From: Alphaproteobacteria bacterium
GTDB lineage: Bacteria; Pseudomonadota; Alphaproteobacteria; JBMOFM01
Assembly (NCBI GenBank): GCA_049318825.1
Contig: JBMOFM010000002.1
Location: 20,632 to 84,631, forward strand
Reading direction: 5' to 3'
DNA: 64,000 nt
Below, piece after piece: positions 29,068 to 37,201 of this stretch (position 1 is its first letter; each line of letters begins with the position of its first letter). Under the pieces are notes generated by a model. The model worked only from the letters and a program-made list of their open reading frames with translations. It was not told where the DNA came from and did not search any database. The position numbers and the translations under genes are program-made.

Positions 29068-29679
29068 TTAGAAGCGGTAGCCTACGCCCACACCCACTAA
29101 TAATGGGTCAATATCAACCTTAGCAGAAACACCGCTGGGGCTGAATTTTACTTTGGTGCTGATAAAGATTTTCTTTACGTCTAAGTTAAAATACCAATTA
29201 TCTTTAATCGGCACATCCACCCCTGCTTGTAGGGCTAGACCAAAGCTATCATCATAATTCACAGCATTCAGCGCACCACCATCAGCATTAAAGAAATGGG
29301 TGTAGTTAACCCCTGCACCAATATATGGCTTTACAGCCTCAAAATCAGAGAAGTGATATTGTGCGGTAAGGGTAGGGGGCAGTAACCATGCTTTACCCAC
29401 ATTAATCCCGCTATTGGTTTTTACATGGTGCGGGGTGATCCCTGCAATCAGCTCCAATGCAACATTGGGGGTCACAAAATAGCTGAAATCTAGCTCTGGC
29501 ACCACGCTATCATCAATATTCACGGTACCGCCAATAGAAACAGAACTGCTTTCTTGAGAAATAACATCAACAGCGCGGGCACGCACCAAAATATCCCCTG
29601 CTTTGAAATTATTATCCCCTGCTAAAGCTGCCTGTGGTAGCAAAAAAGCTGCAACCAGACCAAGAATAATTTTTTTCAT
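29068..29679 (-). CDS. ompW: OmpW family outer membrane protein
   Basis: Signal peptide, PELDFSYF, LLPPTLTAQYHF, KPYIGAGVNYT, C-terminal GVGYRF; start ATG 29679 with AGGAG RBS. Confidence 0.93.
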   Translation of the reverse strand: MKKIILGLVAAFLLPQAALAGDNNFKAGDILVRARAVDVISQESSSVSIGGTVNIDDSVVPELDFSYFVTPNVALELIAGITPHHVKTNSGINVGKAWLLPPTLTAQYHFSDFEAVKPYIGAGVNYTHFFNADGGALNAVNYDDSFGLALQAGVDVPIKDNWYFNLDVKKIFISTKVKFSPSGVSAKVDIDPLLVGVGVGYRF

Positions 29680-29735
29680 TTTTATCTCCTTATTTGCCAA
29701 TAAACCAGCAGTAGCAATAAGGAAAAGGGCGGGCA

Positions 29736-29749
29736 TTGATTTACATCAA
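29736..29749. promoter_or_regulatory. FNR/FixK-type box upstream of ompW
   Basis: Perfect TTGAT-ttac-ATCAA, 57 bp upstream of the start. Confidence 0.8.
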
Positions 29750-29844
29750 GTGATGTGCGGTGTGTGATATAGACATCAATATCAACAGCTTGCTGTGCTT
29801 TATCGGCAACAGTTAGGGGGTGCCCTCAGTGCTGGTGCTGGTAA

Positions 29845-31392
29845 TCAGCGTGGCAGCAAAAAATAGATAGTGGTGCCTTGATTAAGGTTTGATTCTAACC
29901 AGATTTTACCCCCCAAGCGTTCAATGATTTTTTTGCAGGAGGTAAGACCAATGCCATTGCCAGCTTGATAAAGGCTAGGTTCTAAGCGTCTGAACGGCTC
30001 AAATACACTATCTTTATATTCATTGGCGATGCCTATACCATTATCGGCTACCGTAAATAGCCAATTCTCTGCTTGTAACGCAGCGTTAATTTCAATGATG
30101 AGGGGTCGATCAAGCTGGCGATATTTTATGGCATTATCCAGCAAATTTAACATCACCCGCCTAAACATGGAAGGCACGGTGTGAATAGTGGGCAAGAGCG
30201 CTGCATGAATAGTGGGGTTGAGCTCATCGATCAGGGGTTTCAAATCTTCCAGCACGGCTAAAAATTCTGTTGCACAATCACAAGATTCAATGGCAAGGGC
30301 TTCTTCGCTTACTCTGGTATAGCCTAATAAATCATTGATCATTTCTTCGGCGCGTTTGGCGGTGTTTTCAATAATTTCAATATATTCATGGGTGCTATCG
30401 GTTAAGGCTGGAGCCATTTCATTTTTCAACAGGGTTGCAAAACAGCGCATGGTGCGTACTGGTTCTTTAAGATCATGGGCAGCGGCATGGGCAAATTTTT
30501 CTAAATCGTCATTTTTTTCGGCCAATTGCGTAATAAGCTTTTTACGTTCGTGGGCTAAGCCTTTTTCTTTTTTACTCACATGATTGAGGAATGCCAACAT
30601 GATAGAAGCCACTAACATCACATATAAGGCCATGATAATCGTTACCATGGTACGGTAATGCTGAATTTGTTTTACCAACCGTTCTTGTAAGAAACCCTGC
30701 AACAGGGTGGTGGTGGCCGCCGTAATAGTTTCTATATCGTTGATTAATTTATCAAATGTTTCAACAGGGTGGGGAAGAGTAGTGGATTGTAATAATATAT
30801 TTTTTATGTGAGCAGTAGCCGCAGCAATCTGGTTTGCATATTCTGGCCGGTAGGCGGATATTTTTTTCTGGGCGTGGGTAAGATTTTCTAAATGAAAGGG
30901 TATATCTGGCAGATGATGGCTGGGTGGTTGGCGATAAATCGCTATATGCTCTACTAATAAAGGTACATGGTTCAATAAGGTGGTGGTGGCATAATAGCTG
31001 GGAATTTCTGGGTCTAGAATTAGGTTGGATTGATCGCCAATATCGCGAATTAGTTGGCGCAGCAATGCTGTAAAAGCAGAAAATTCAAGGGGTTGCTGTT
31101 GTAATTTTTCTTGAATTGGCCACCATAAATTGTTTGTACTTTCATGGGGTAGCGCCATAATTTTTTGGCGTATATCTTCTATATTGTGGGTTTTATGCAG
31201 ATCAAGATATAAATCTGCGGCGCTGGTAAATTGTTGCAGGCCTTGCAGTTCTTTTTCAGTGAATTTTATATTGGCCGAATAGGAACGCAGTAAGGTGATT
31301 GCGGCCAATATATAAATTACCGAAATAAAGCCAATAGCCCAAAATGCTGGCCAGAACCCTTGTAAGGGGGAATGAAATTTTATCTTAAACAT
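29845..31392 (-). CDS. Membrane sensor histidine kinase
   Basis: 2 TM, periplasmic SNLILDP..SYY domain, H-box AHDLKEPVR, NLLDNAIKY, DNGIGI, GIGL. Confidence 0.92.
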   Translation of the reverse strand: MFKIKFHSPLQGFWPAFWAIGFISVIYILAAITLLRSYSANIKFTEKELQGLQQFTSAADLYLDLHKTHNIEDIRQKIMALPHESTNNLWWPIQEKLQQQPLEFSAFTALLRQLIRDIGDQSNLILDPEIPSYYATTTLLNHVPLLVEHIAIYRQPPSHHLPDIPFHLENLTHAQKKISAYRPEYANQIAAATAHIKNILLQSTTLPHPVETFDKLINDIETITAATTTLLQGFLQERLVKQIQHYRTMVTIIMALYVMLVASIMLAFLNHVSKKEKGLAHERKKLITQLAEKNDDLEKFAHAAAHDLKEPVRTMRCFATLLKNEMAPALTDSTHEYIEIIENTAKRAEEMINDLLGYTRVSEEALAIESCDCATEFLAVLEDLKPLIDELNPTIHAALLPTIHTVPSMFRRVMLNLLDNAIKYRQLDRPLIIEINAALQAENWLFTVADNGIGIANEYKDSVFEPFRRLEPSLYQAGNGIGLTSCKKIIERLGGKIWLESNLNQGTTIYFLLPR

Positions 31393-31436
31393 TTTGTTTG
31401 AATCTAAATAATAGATATATTGTTATGGTAGTTTTA

Positions 31437-32150
31437 ATGATGGAAGAAAACAATAAACTACTCGATAAACATGTTGGCCATAAAATAAAAGAACGCCGGA
31501 AAATATTGGGCTTAACCCAAGCCGAGTTGGCGGATATTCTTGGCCTATCGCATCAACAAATTCAGCGTTATGAAAGTGGTGAAAACACAGTTTCTATGTC
31601 GCGCATGTTGGAAATTGCTGATGGTTTGAACATAAAAGCAGGCTATTTTTATGAAAATGCCCCATTGGCAAGGCCTTGTGAACAGAAGCAGGCGAATGGA
31701 ATTATTACCAAGGTCATGGAACGCCCTTTGAGGATATTATTGGTGGAGGATACCTCAAGCGATGAGCTGTTATTTCGCAAAGCCGTGAGTAAAAGCAATA
31801 TAGAAGCCGATATTCATGTGATTACTAACCCTGAAAATGTGATGGATTTTTTACATAATCATCAGTTGAAATATGGTGCAGAGCCGCCAGATATAGCAAT
31901 TGTGGATATTAATTTACCCCGCATTAATGGGTTAATGTTGCTCAAGAAAATTAAGAGCGATCATCAATGGAAAAGCCTGCCAGTGATTATGCTGACCAAT
32001 AGTATTCGCAGTAAAGATATGCAAGATGCCTATGCTAACCATGCTAATGGTTTTATTCAGAAAAATTCAGATTTGTTGGGGTTTTATGAAGATGTGAGTA
32101 TTTTACTGCAATATTGGAGTAAAATAGTGATATTGCCCAGCGCCGCATGA
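31437..32150 (+). CDS. XRE-family HTH fused to C-terminal receiver domain
   Basis: LTQAELA..LG.SHQQIQRYESG HTH; ILLVED, VDINLP..NG, VIMLT, F.QK receiver; start 31437 or 31440. Confidence 0.88.
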   Translation: MMEENNKLLDKHVGHKIKERRKILGLTQAELADILGLSHQQIQRYESGENTVSMSRMLEIADGLNIKAGYFYENAPLARPCEQKQANGIITKVMERPLRILLVEDTSSDELLFRKAVSKSNIEADIHVITNPENVMDFLHNHQLKYGAEPPDIAIVDINLPRINGLMLLKKIKSDHQWKSLPVIMLTNSIRSKDMQDAYANHANGFIQKNSDLLGFYEDVSILLQYWSKIVILPSAA

Positions 32151-32199
32151 GGCGTAAGTTGCAGCATGAGGTGGTGAGCTGTGTATGGCCAGCAGTATT

Positions 32200-32394
32200 T
32201 TATTGCCGCATCATAAGCCGCAGCATATCCGCCATTTTTTCATAGCCCCCTTCTTGTGCTAGGCCAGAGGCCAATTTGCGTTTGGAGGCTTCTACCGATA
32301 CGGCATGTTGCAGTTTCTCCAACACTTCTGGCTTTACTTTTTCTTGAATGGCGGCCGTCTGTTTTTTGAGTTTATCATGGTTATTCATGGTCAT
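32200..32394 (-). CDS. Small hypothetical helical protein
   Basis: AGGAAG RBS; coding-like composition. Confidence 0.55.
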   Translation of the reverse strand: MTMNNHDKLKKQTAAIQEKVKPEVLEKLQHAVSVEASKRKLASGLAQEGGYEKMADMLRLMMRQ

Positions 32395-32405
32395 CTTCCT
32401 TGCGT

Positions 32406-32544
32406 TATAGCCGCTGAACTTAAGCAGGCTTATAGTTCAGCGGCTATATATTCTAAAATTTACGGCACAAAAGGTTGGGCAGCGGCAGTCGCCGCTGTAT
32501 ATAGCCCATTCAGTGTATGTAATCATAAACTTAACGGGCTATAT
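32406..32544. repeat. Three consecutive hairpins, outer two bounded by TATAGCC...GGCTATA
   Basis: 15-bp perfect stem 32406-32420/32434-32448; cagcggc-agtc-gccgctg 32480-32497; 16-bp stem 32499-32514/32529-32544. Confidence 0.75.
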
Positions 32545-32580
32545 TGATAACCATGCTACGCATAAAAACTCAAATTCAGG

Positions 32581-33537
32581 TTAAGTATTCAACATTGTTG
32601 CTGGTGGGCACAATGTACTGCCAATAAACTGGTGCTGCCAATACACCGTGCCCCGTTGCTGGTTAATCATTCGATTATCAGAATCACATAATACAAGGTT
32701 AGGATAGCCCTGCTGGCGGATTTTATCAGCAAAATCTTTAGCCTCGGCCACGGGTAATAAATGGTAGCCTATAATCACGGCGGTGGTGGCTATGGGCACG
32801 TCTACGCCGTACACGCTCATATGATTATCATCCTCATGATCGCAATAATAAAGGGTCATCGACTCACGCAAGGGGATATTTAAGGGTAAAAAATCCACCA
32901 ATCCGCCATGCACCAGCCCTGCTTTTTGGGCTAAATTGGCGGAGATAAGGATAATTTTTGGCGGTGTTTTTTCTTCACTGTTGAGATGTTGAGGAAATAA
33001 CAAGGCCCCTTGGTAGGTTGCGCGCTGTAGCTCTATTGGTTTTTGGCTACGAATTTGGTGTAATTTGCCAGCGTAAAATACCATTTGCCCATCACTAGCT
33101 AGGGGGAGAGCTACTTTTTGGCTGTTATGCTGCAAATGGTGAAAGAAGCTTTCCTGTTGGCGGGTGTCACTATAAATAATGCGACGAATATCAACCACAT
33201 CGCCCACGTTAAAAAATTGAGCTGCCCCTCCATTCAGGCAAATATCATCGGTTTTGCCTTCAATTACATAGGTGCTAACATGTTGACCAGTGGCGGCCGA
33301 GCGAATACGCACCATTTCCCCTGGTAAAAATCCTAAGGAAGCAGGCAGGGTGATTGAGCCAACATAATGGGGGTCGGCTTGGGTGATGATGGCATGGTGG
33401 ATAAGAGCGGTGCAATATTCACGGGCTAAAAATTTTTTAGGCCCAGAAGTTGGAGGCAACATAGGAAAACCGTGCGGCGACGCCATGATTTTTTGTTGCA
33501 CAGGGGTGAAAAGTGGAGAAATACAGGCACTATTCAT
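32581..33537 (-). CDS. Tandem-domain aspartate 1-decarboxylase (PanD)-like protein
   Basis: Domain 1: IH.A.IT.AD.HYVGSIT, STYVI, ICLNGGAA, GD.V; domain 2: GKLH, AGL...VD...R.S, VIIGY....EA, P.LV.CD.DN. Confidence 0.8.
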   Translation of the reverse strand: MNSACISPLFTPVQQKIMASPHGFPMLPPTSGPKKFLAREYCTALIHHAIITQADPHYVGSITLPASLGFLPGEMVRIRSAATGQHVSTYVIEGKTDDICLNGGAAQFFNVGDVVDIRRIIYSDTRQQESFFHHLQHNSQKVALPLASDGQMVFYAGKLHQIRSQKPIELQRATYQGALLFPQHLNSEEKTPPKIILISANLAQKAGLVHGGLVDFLPLNIPLRESMTLYYCDHEDDNHMSVYGVDVPIATTAVIIGYHLLPVAEAKDFADKIRQQGYPNLVLCDSDNRMINQQRGTVYWQHQFIGSTLCPPATMLNT

Positions 33538-33688
33538 TAAGCATTACCAAAATATAGATACGCATATTATACAACTATATCTGGTTTTTATCTATTTAGA
33601 ATATTGTCACGGACATTATTTCACCTTGTGTAATGGCATCTAGTGCTCTAACCAATTTTGAAAATATTGATATTATTAGAGGCGTATA

Positions 33689-35110
33689 ATGACCGATTTC
33701 AAAAAATACACCAATTTCTCTGGACGCATAATAATGATTGGGTTTGGGAGTATCGGTCAAGGTGTATTGCCATTAATCTTTCGCCATATTGGTATGAAAC
33801 CAGAACAGGTGCGGGTAATTACGGCGGATGAAGCTGGCCGCGCTGAGGCTGAGAATTTTGGTGTGGATTTTGTGGTGCAGCCATTAACCCGCGATAATTA
33901 CCGCTCTATTTTAACGCCATTGCTACAAAAAGGCGATTTTGTGGTTAATCTTTCGGTGGAAGTATCGTCGCTGGCGTTGGTTGAATTATGCGCAGAAATT
34001 GGTGCTTTATATATTGATACATGTATTGAGCCATGGCCGGGTGGTTATACCGACCCCAATATCAGCGTATCTGCCCGTTCTAATTATGGTTTGCGCGAGC
34101 AAGCCTTAGCATTGCAAGCAACATTGGGTAATAAAAGCCCCACTGCTTTGTTAACCCATGGTGCTAATCCGGGCTTGGTTTCACATTTGGTGAAGCAGGC
34201 TTTATTGGATATAGCACAAAAGCTGGGCGAAAAAATTACTGTGCCCCAAAGCCGTGAAGAATGGGCAAATCTGGCCGCTAATTTAGGGGTTAAGGTAATC
34301 CATATTGCCGAGCGCGATACCCAAACCAGCAATATTCCGAAAGAACCGGGGGAATTTGTTAATACTTGGTCGATTGATGGTTTTGTGAGTGAAGGCAGCC
34401 AACCCGCCGAATTGGGTTGGGGTAGCCACGAGAAACATTTCCCCCAAGATGGGATGCGCCATGATTATGGCAAGGGCAGTGCTATTTATTTGCAGCGCCC
34501 GGGGGCTTCCACAAGGGTGCGCAGTTGGACACCCTTAGAAGGCAGTTTCCATGGTTTTTTGATTACCCATGGGGAGTCTATTTCTATCTCGGATTATCTG
34601 ACTAAACGCCAGAATGATTCGGTGATCTATCGCCCCACGGTGCATTATGCCTATCACCCTTGCGATGGTGCGGTACTTTCCATTCATGAATTGGCAGGTA
34701 AAAACTGGCACATGCAGGAAAAGAAACGCTTGGTGGTGGATGAAATCACCCATGGCATGGATGAGTTGGGCGTATTATTGATGGGGGATCGCCACGGTTC
34801 TTACTGGTATGGTTCGCGCCTGACCATTGAAGATGCCCGTGCGTTAGTGCCTTATAATAATGCCACCAGCTTGCAGGTAACCGTGGCCGTATTGGCAGGG
34901 ATTATTTGGGCCATAGAAAACCCAACCCAAGGCTTGGTGGAGCCAGAGCAAATGGATTTTGCCCGCGCCATGGAAATTATGCTGCCCTATTTGGGCGAAA
35001 TGGCTGGCGTGTTTTCGGATTGGACACCATTACAAGAGCGTGGCCGTTTATTTGCTGAAGATGTGGATAATAGCTGCCCTTGGCAGTTCAAAAATTTCAG
35101 GGTGGTGTAA
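33689..35110 (+). CDS. hss: Homospermidine synthase
   Basis: IGFGSIG, YIDTCIEPW, HGANPGLVS, IHIAERDTQ, FVNTWSIDGF, RPTVHYAYHPC, NATSLQV, PWQF.N. Confidence 0.96.
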   Translation: MTDFKKYTNFSGRIIMIGFGSIGQGVLPLIFRHIGMKPEQVRVITADEAGRAEAENFGVDFVVQPLTRDNYRSILTPLLQKGDFVVNLSVEVSSLALVELCAEIGALYIDTCIEPWPGGYTDPNISVSARSNYGLREQALALQATLGNKSPTALLTHGANPGLVSHLVKQALLDIAQKLGEKITVPQSREEWANLAANLGVKVIHIAERDTQTSNIPKEPGEFVNTWSIDGFVSEGSQPAELGWGSHEKHFPQDGMRHDYGKGSAIYLQRPGASTRVRSWTPLEGSFHGFLITHGESISISDYLTKRQNDSVIYRPTVHYAYHPCDGAVLSIHELAGKNWHMQEKKRLVVDEITHGMDELGVLLMGDRHGSYWYGSRLTIEDARALVPYNNATSLQVTVAVLAGIIWAIENPTQGLVEPEQMDFARAMEIMLPYLGEMAGVFSDWTPLQERGRLFAEDVDNSCPWQFKNFRVV

Positions 35111-35149
35111 TCCATAGATGCCGTGATTTTGTGCTGGTAATCGCAACAA

Positions 35150-37138
35150 TCACGGTGTCAATTTTGCCTGAATGGTTGGGCGCGCTGCTGCTTTTTGGGG
35201 GCAGTTGGCATTTTCAAATAATGATAAGTCAAATAATGCTAGGTTACAGCCCAATGTTTGATTGAAGCTATTAATATAGGCATTGCTGAGTTTGGTAGCT
35301 ATGGCAAGCTCACTGCTATTATTGTTTGTAAAAGTATCCGTAATGATTGCATTTAAGTAGTTGTGAATTTCTCCTACTCTTTCTGCATGGCGGAATATAA
35401 ATGAGTTTCTAAAATCAATATCTTTCATGAATTTTTCAATCAACGATGGGGAATATTCTAGCCTCATTGCGGCTGCTTTTTCTTCTACGGCATTTGCTGC
35501 CAATTCTAAAGATTGGGGCGTTGGCCGTTTGCCAAATTCTGCTTCAAATTCGCTGATGATAGCCTGAGCATGCGCAATTTTTTTGAGAAAATAATCTTCC
35601 AAATGTTGAGTGATACCGTTGCGTAGCTCTGGAGAGATGAGTTGTAATGCATCACAATCTTGCATTTTACTGCACCATTCTCTCACCACATCTTCCAAAC
35701 AATCTTTATCCGATTGTATGGGGTAGCCATCCCTGATTTCCATCACGGGTCTTAAATGGCAGCGCACAGAGTTTAATAATACTTGATGTTGCTGGTAAAA
35801 AAGAATTTCTTGTTGCGTGCGTTGTGGCCAGATAATGGTAGCGGGTTCAGACTGGCAATCTATACGGATATGGGAAAAATAATCGGTAAGTTTTTGTGCC
35901 CCAATTGTTGAAATATAAACCATCTCACCATAGGTATCACTATCCACAGCTTTATCCAATAGTTGGGTGAATGGTTGTAACCCAAGATTATCTAATCTTG
36001 TATGTTTCAATACTCTATCAAGGCTTTCTGGTGGTAAATCAAGGCTATTATCCACTCTTAAAGTAGCGGCGTTGAGTGTGTGCCATAAACGGTTTGCGGT
36101 GGTATCTTCACAGGAAAAATGGGGTGTTATGCCAGCGCTATGGGGAAATTTAATAGTGGGTTGGCCAGAAAGATTATGCTCAAAACCATGAGCAATGGCG
36201 GCATATTGAATGAGTAAGGCCAATGCTAAATGTTCACTGTTCGCTATATGATAGCCGGCTCGTAACTCCCAATGATCATGCGTGGTGCGTAAATCATTTT
36301 GTCGGCCGGGGCCAACCAGAATTTTTTCTGATCCATCATTAATAAATTTTTGTAGCAAAATATAGCCATGGTGAAACCAATTAGCATTGGATTCCAGATT
36401 ATTCAAAAAAGGGTTAAATACATCAATATCGTATAAATCTTCTGCTAAACTCAGGTAGCAATCATTGATGGTTTTACCAATAGTTGCCACCAAATTAGCA
36501 CTTTTATCAGTGCAATGAGGATTGTTGGCAGCACTTAAATTTTCACCGTTTTCCCACACGCTGATATTAATGTGGCGGCGGGTGCTAGAAAATTCTAGGT
36601 CATATTGTGCCGCTTTTTCTTGTATAAATAATACGGCTTCAGAAAAATCGGCCAGAAATTTTCTCAACCCCAAATCATGGTGATTAAACCGAATTTCAAG
36701 AGCATCATTATCACTATGTTCATAATGACCATCATAAGCACCTTCGCCATGGCCTTTTTTGAAAAATCTGGGGTCACGGAATTCTATGACCGTGGGAAAT
36801 TTTTCTTGTAATTGATAAATAATAATCTCGCGCGCATCATAATCTTGAACGGCGCGCAATAATTCAAACATGAGTGCTTGTTCTTGCGCATTACAATTGG
36901 TGTATTGTTGCTCTAATTCATCGATAAGCTGTTGTTTTTCTTCCAGCCATTTTATGTTGCCATTGGCTGGATGAAGTGAGAGGCGAAATTCTAATTCATA
37001 CCCCACTTCAATATGGCGATTTTTTTCGGCCAGTTTTTGCTCAATGGTTTCAATTGCCGCAATAATTTCTTGGTTCAGTGCCCATGTTGCTGGTAATTCA
37101 GTAAAAGGGTGGAGATATTCAAAAGCGAGCGTCATCAC
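35150..37138 (-). CDS. Hypothetical protein with divergent glutamine-synthetase-like catalytic motifs
   Basis: VGYELEF, ALEIRF, RHINISVW..GENL, WELR in GS-domain order. Confidence 0.55.
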   Translation of the reverse strand: MMTLAFEYLHPFTELPATWALNQEIIAAIETIEQKLAEKNRHIEVGYELEFRLSLHPANGNIKWLEEKQQLIDELEQQYTNCNAQEQALMFELLRAVQDYDAREIIIYQLQEKFPTVIEFRDPRFFKKGHGEGAYDGHYEHSDNDALEIRFNHHDLGLRKFLADFSEAVLFIQEKAAQYDLEFSSTRRHINISVWENGENLSAANNPHCTDKSANLVATIGKTINDCYLSLAEDLYDIDVFNPFLNNLESNANWFHHGYILLQKFINDGSEKILVGPGRQNDLRTTHDHWELRAGYHIANSEHLALALLIQYAAIAHGFEHNLSGQPTIKFPHSAGITPHFSCEDTTANRLWHTLNAATLRVDNSLDLPPESLDRVLKHTRLDNLGLQPFTQLLDKAVDSDTYGEMVYISTIGAQKLTDYFSHIRIDCQSEPATIIWPQRTQQEILFYQQHQVLLNSVRCHLRPVMEIRDGYPIQSDKDCLEDVVREWCSKMQDCDALQLISPELRNGITQHLEDYFLKKIAHAQAIISEFEAEFGKRPTPQSLELAANAVEEKAAAMRLEYSPSLIEKFMKDIDFRNSFIFRHAERVGEIHNYLNAIITDTFTNNNSSELAIATKLSNAYINSFNQTLGCNLALFDLSLFENANCPQKAAARPTIQAKLTP

Positions 37139-37201
37139 TGTTAATTATTGGTCTGTACAATAAAGGAATTGTATAAAATTTCTTATAAATGTCCATTGAT
37201 T

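Noticed and set aside
32406-32544. CRISPR mini-array
   Set aside because: Units are not identical direct repeats, there are no regular spacers, and no cas genes are present
32581-33537. Naming this gene panD
   Set aside because: 2.5 times the normal length with split active-site residues; substrate unproven
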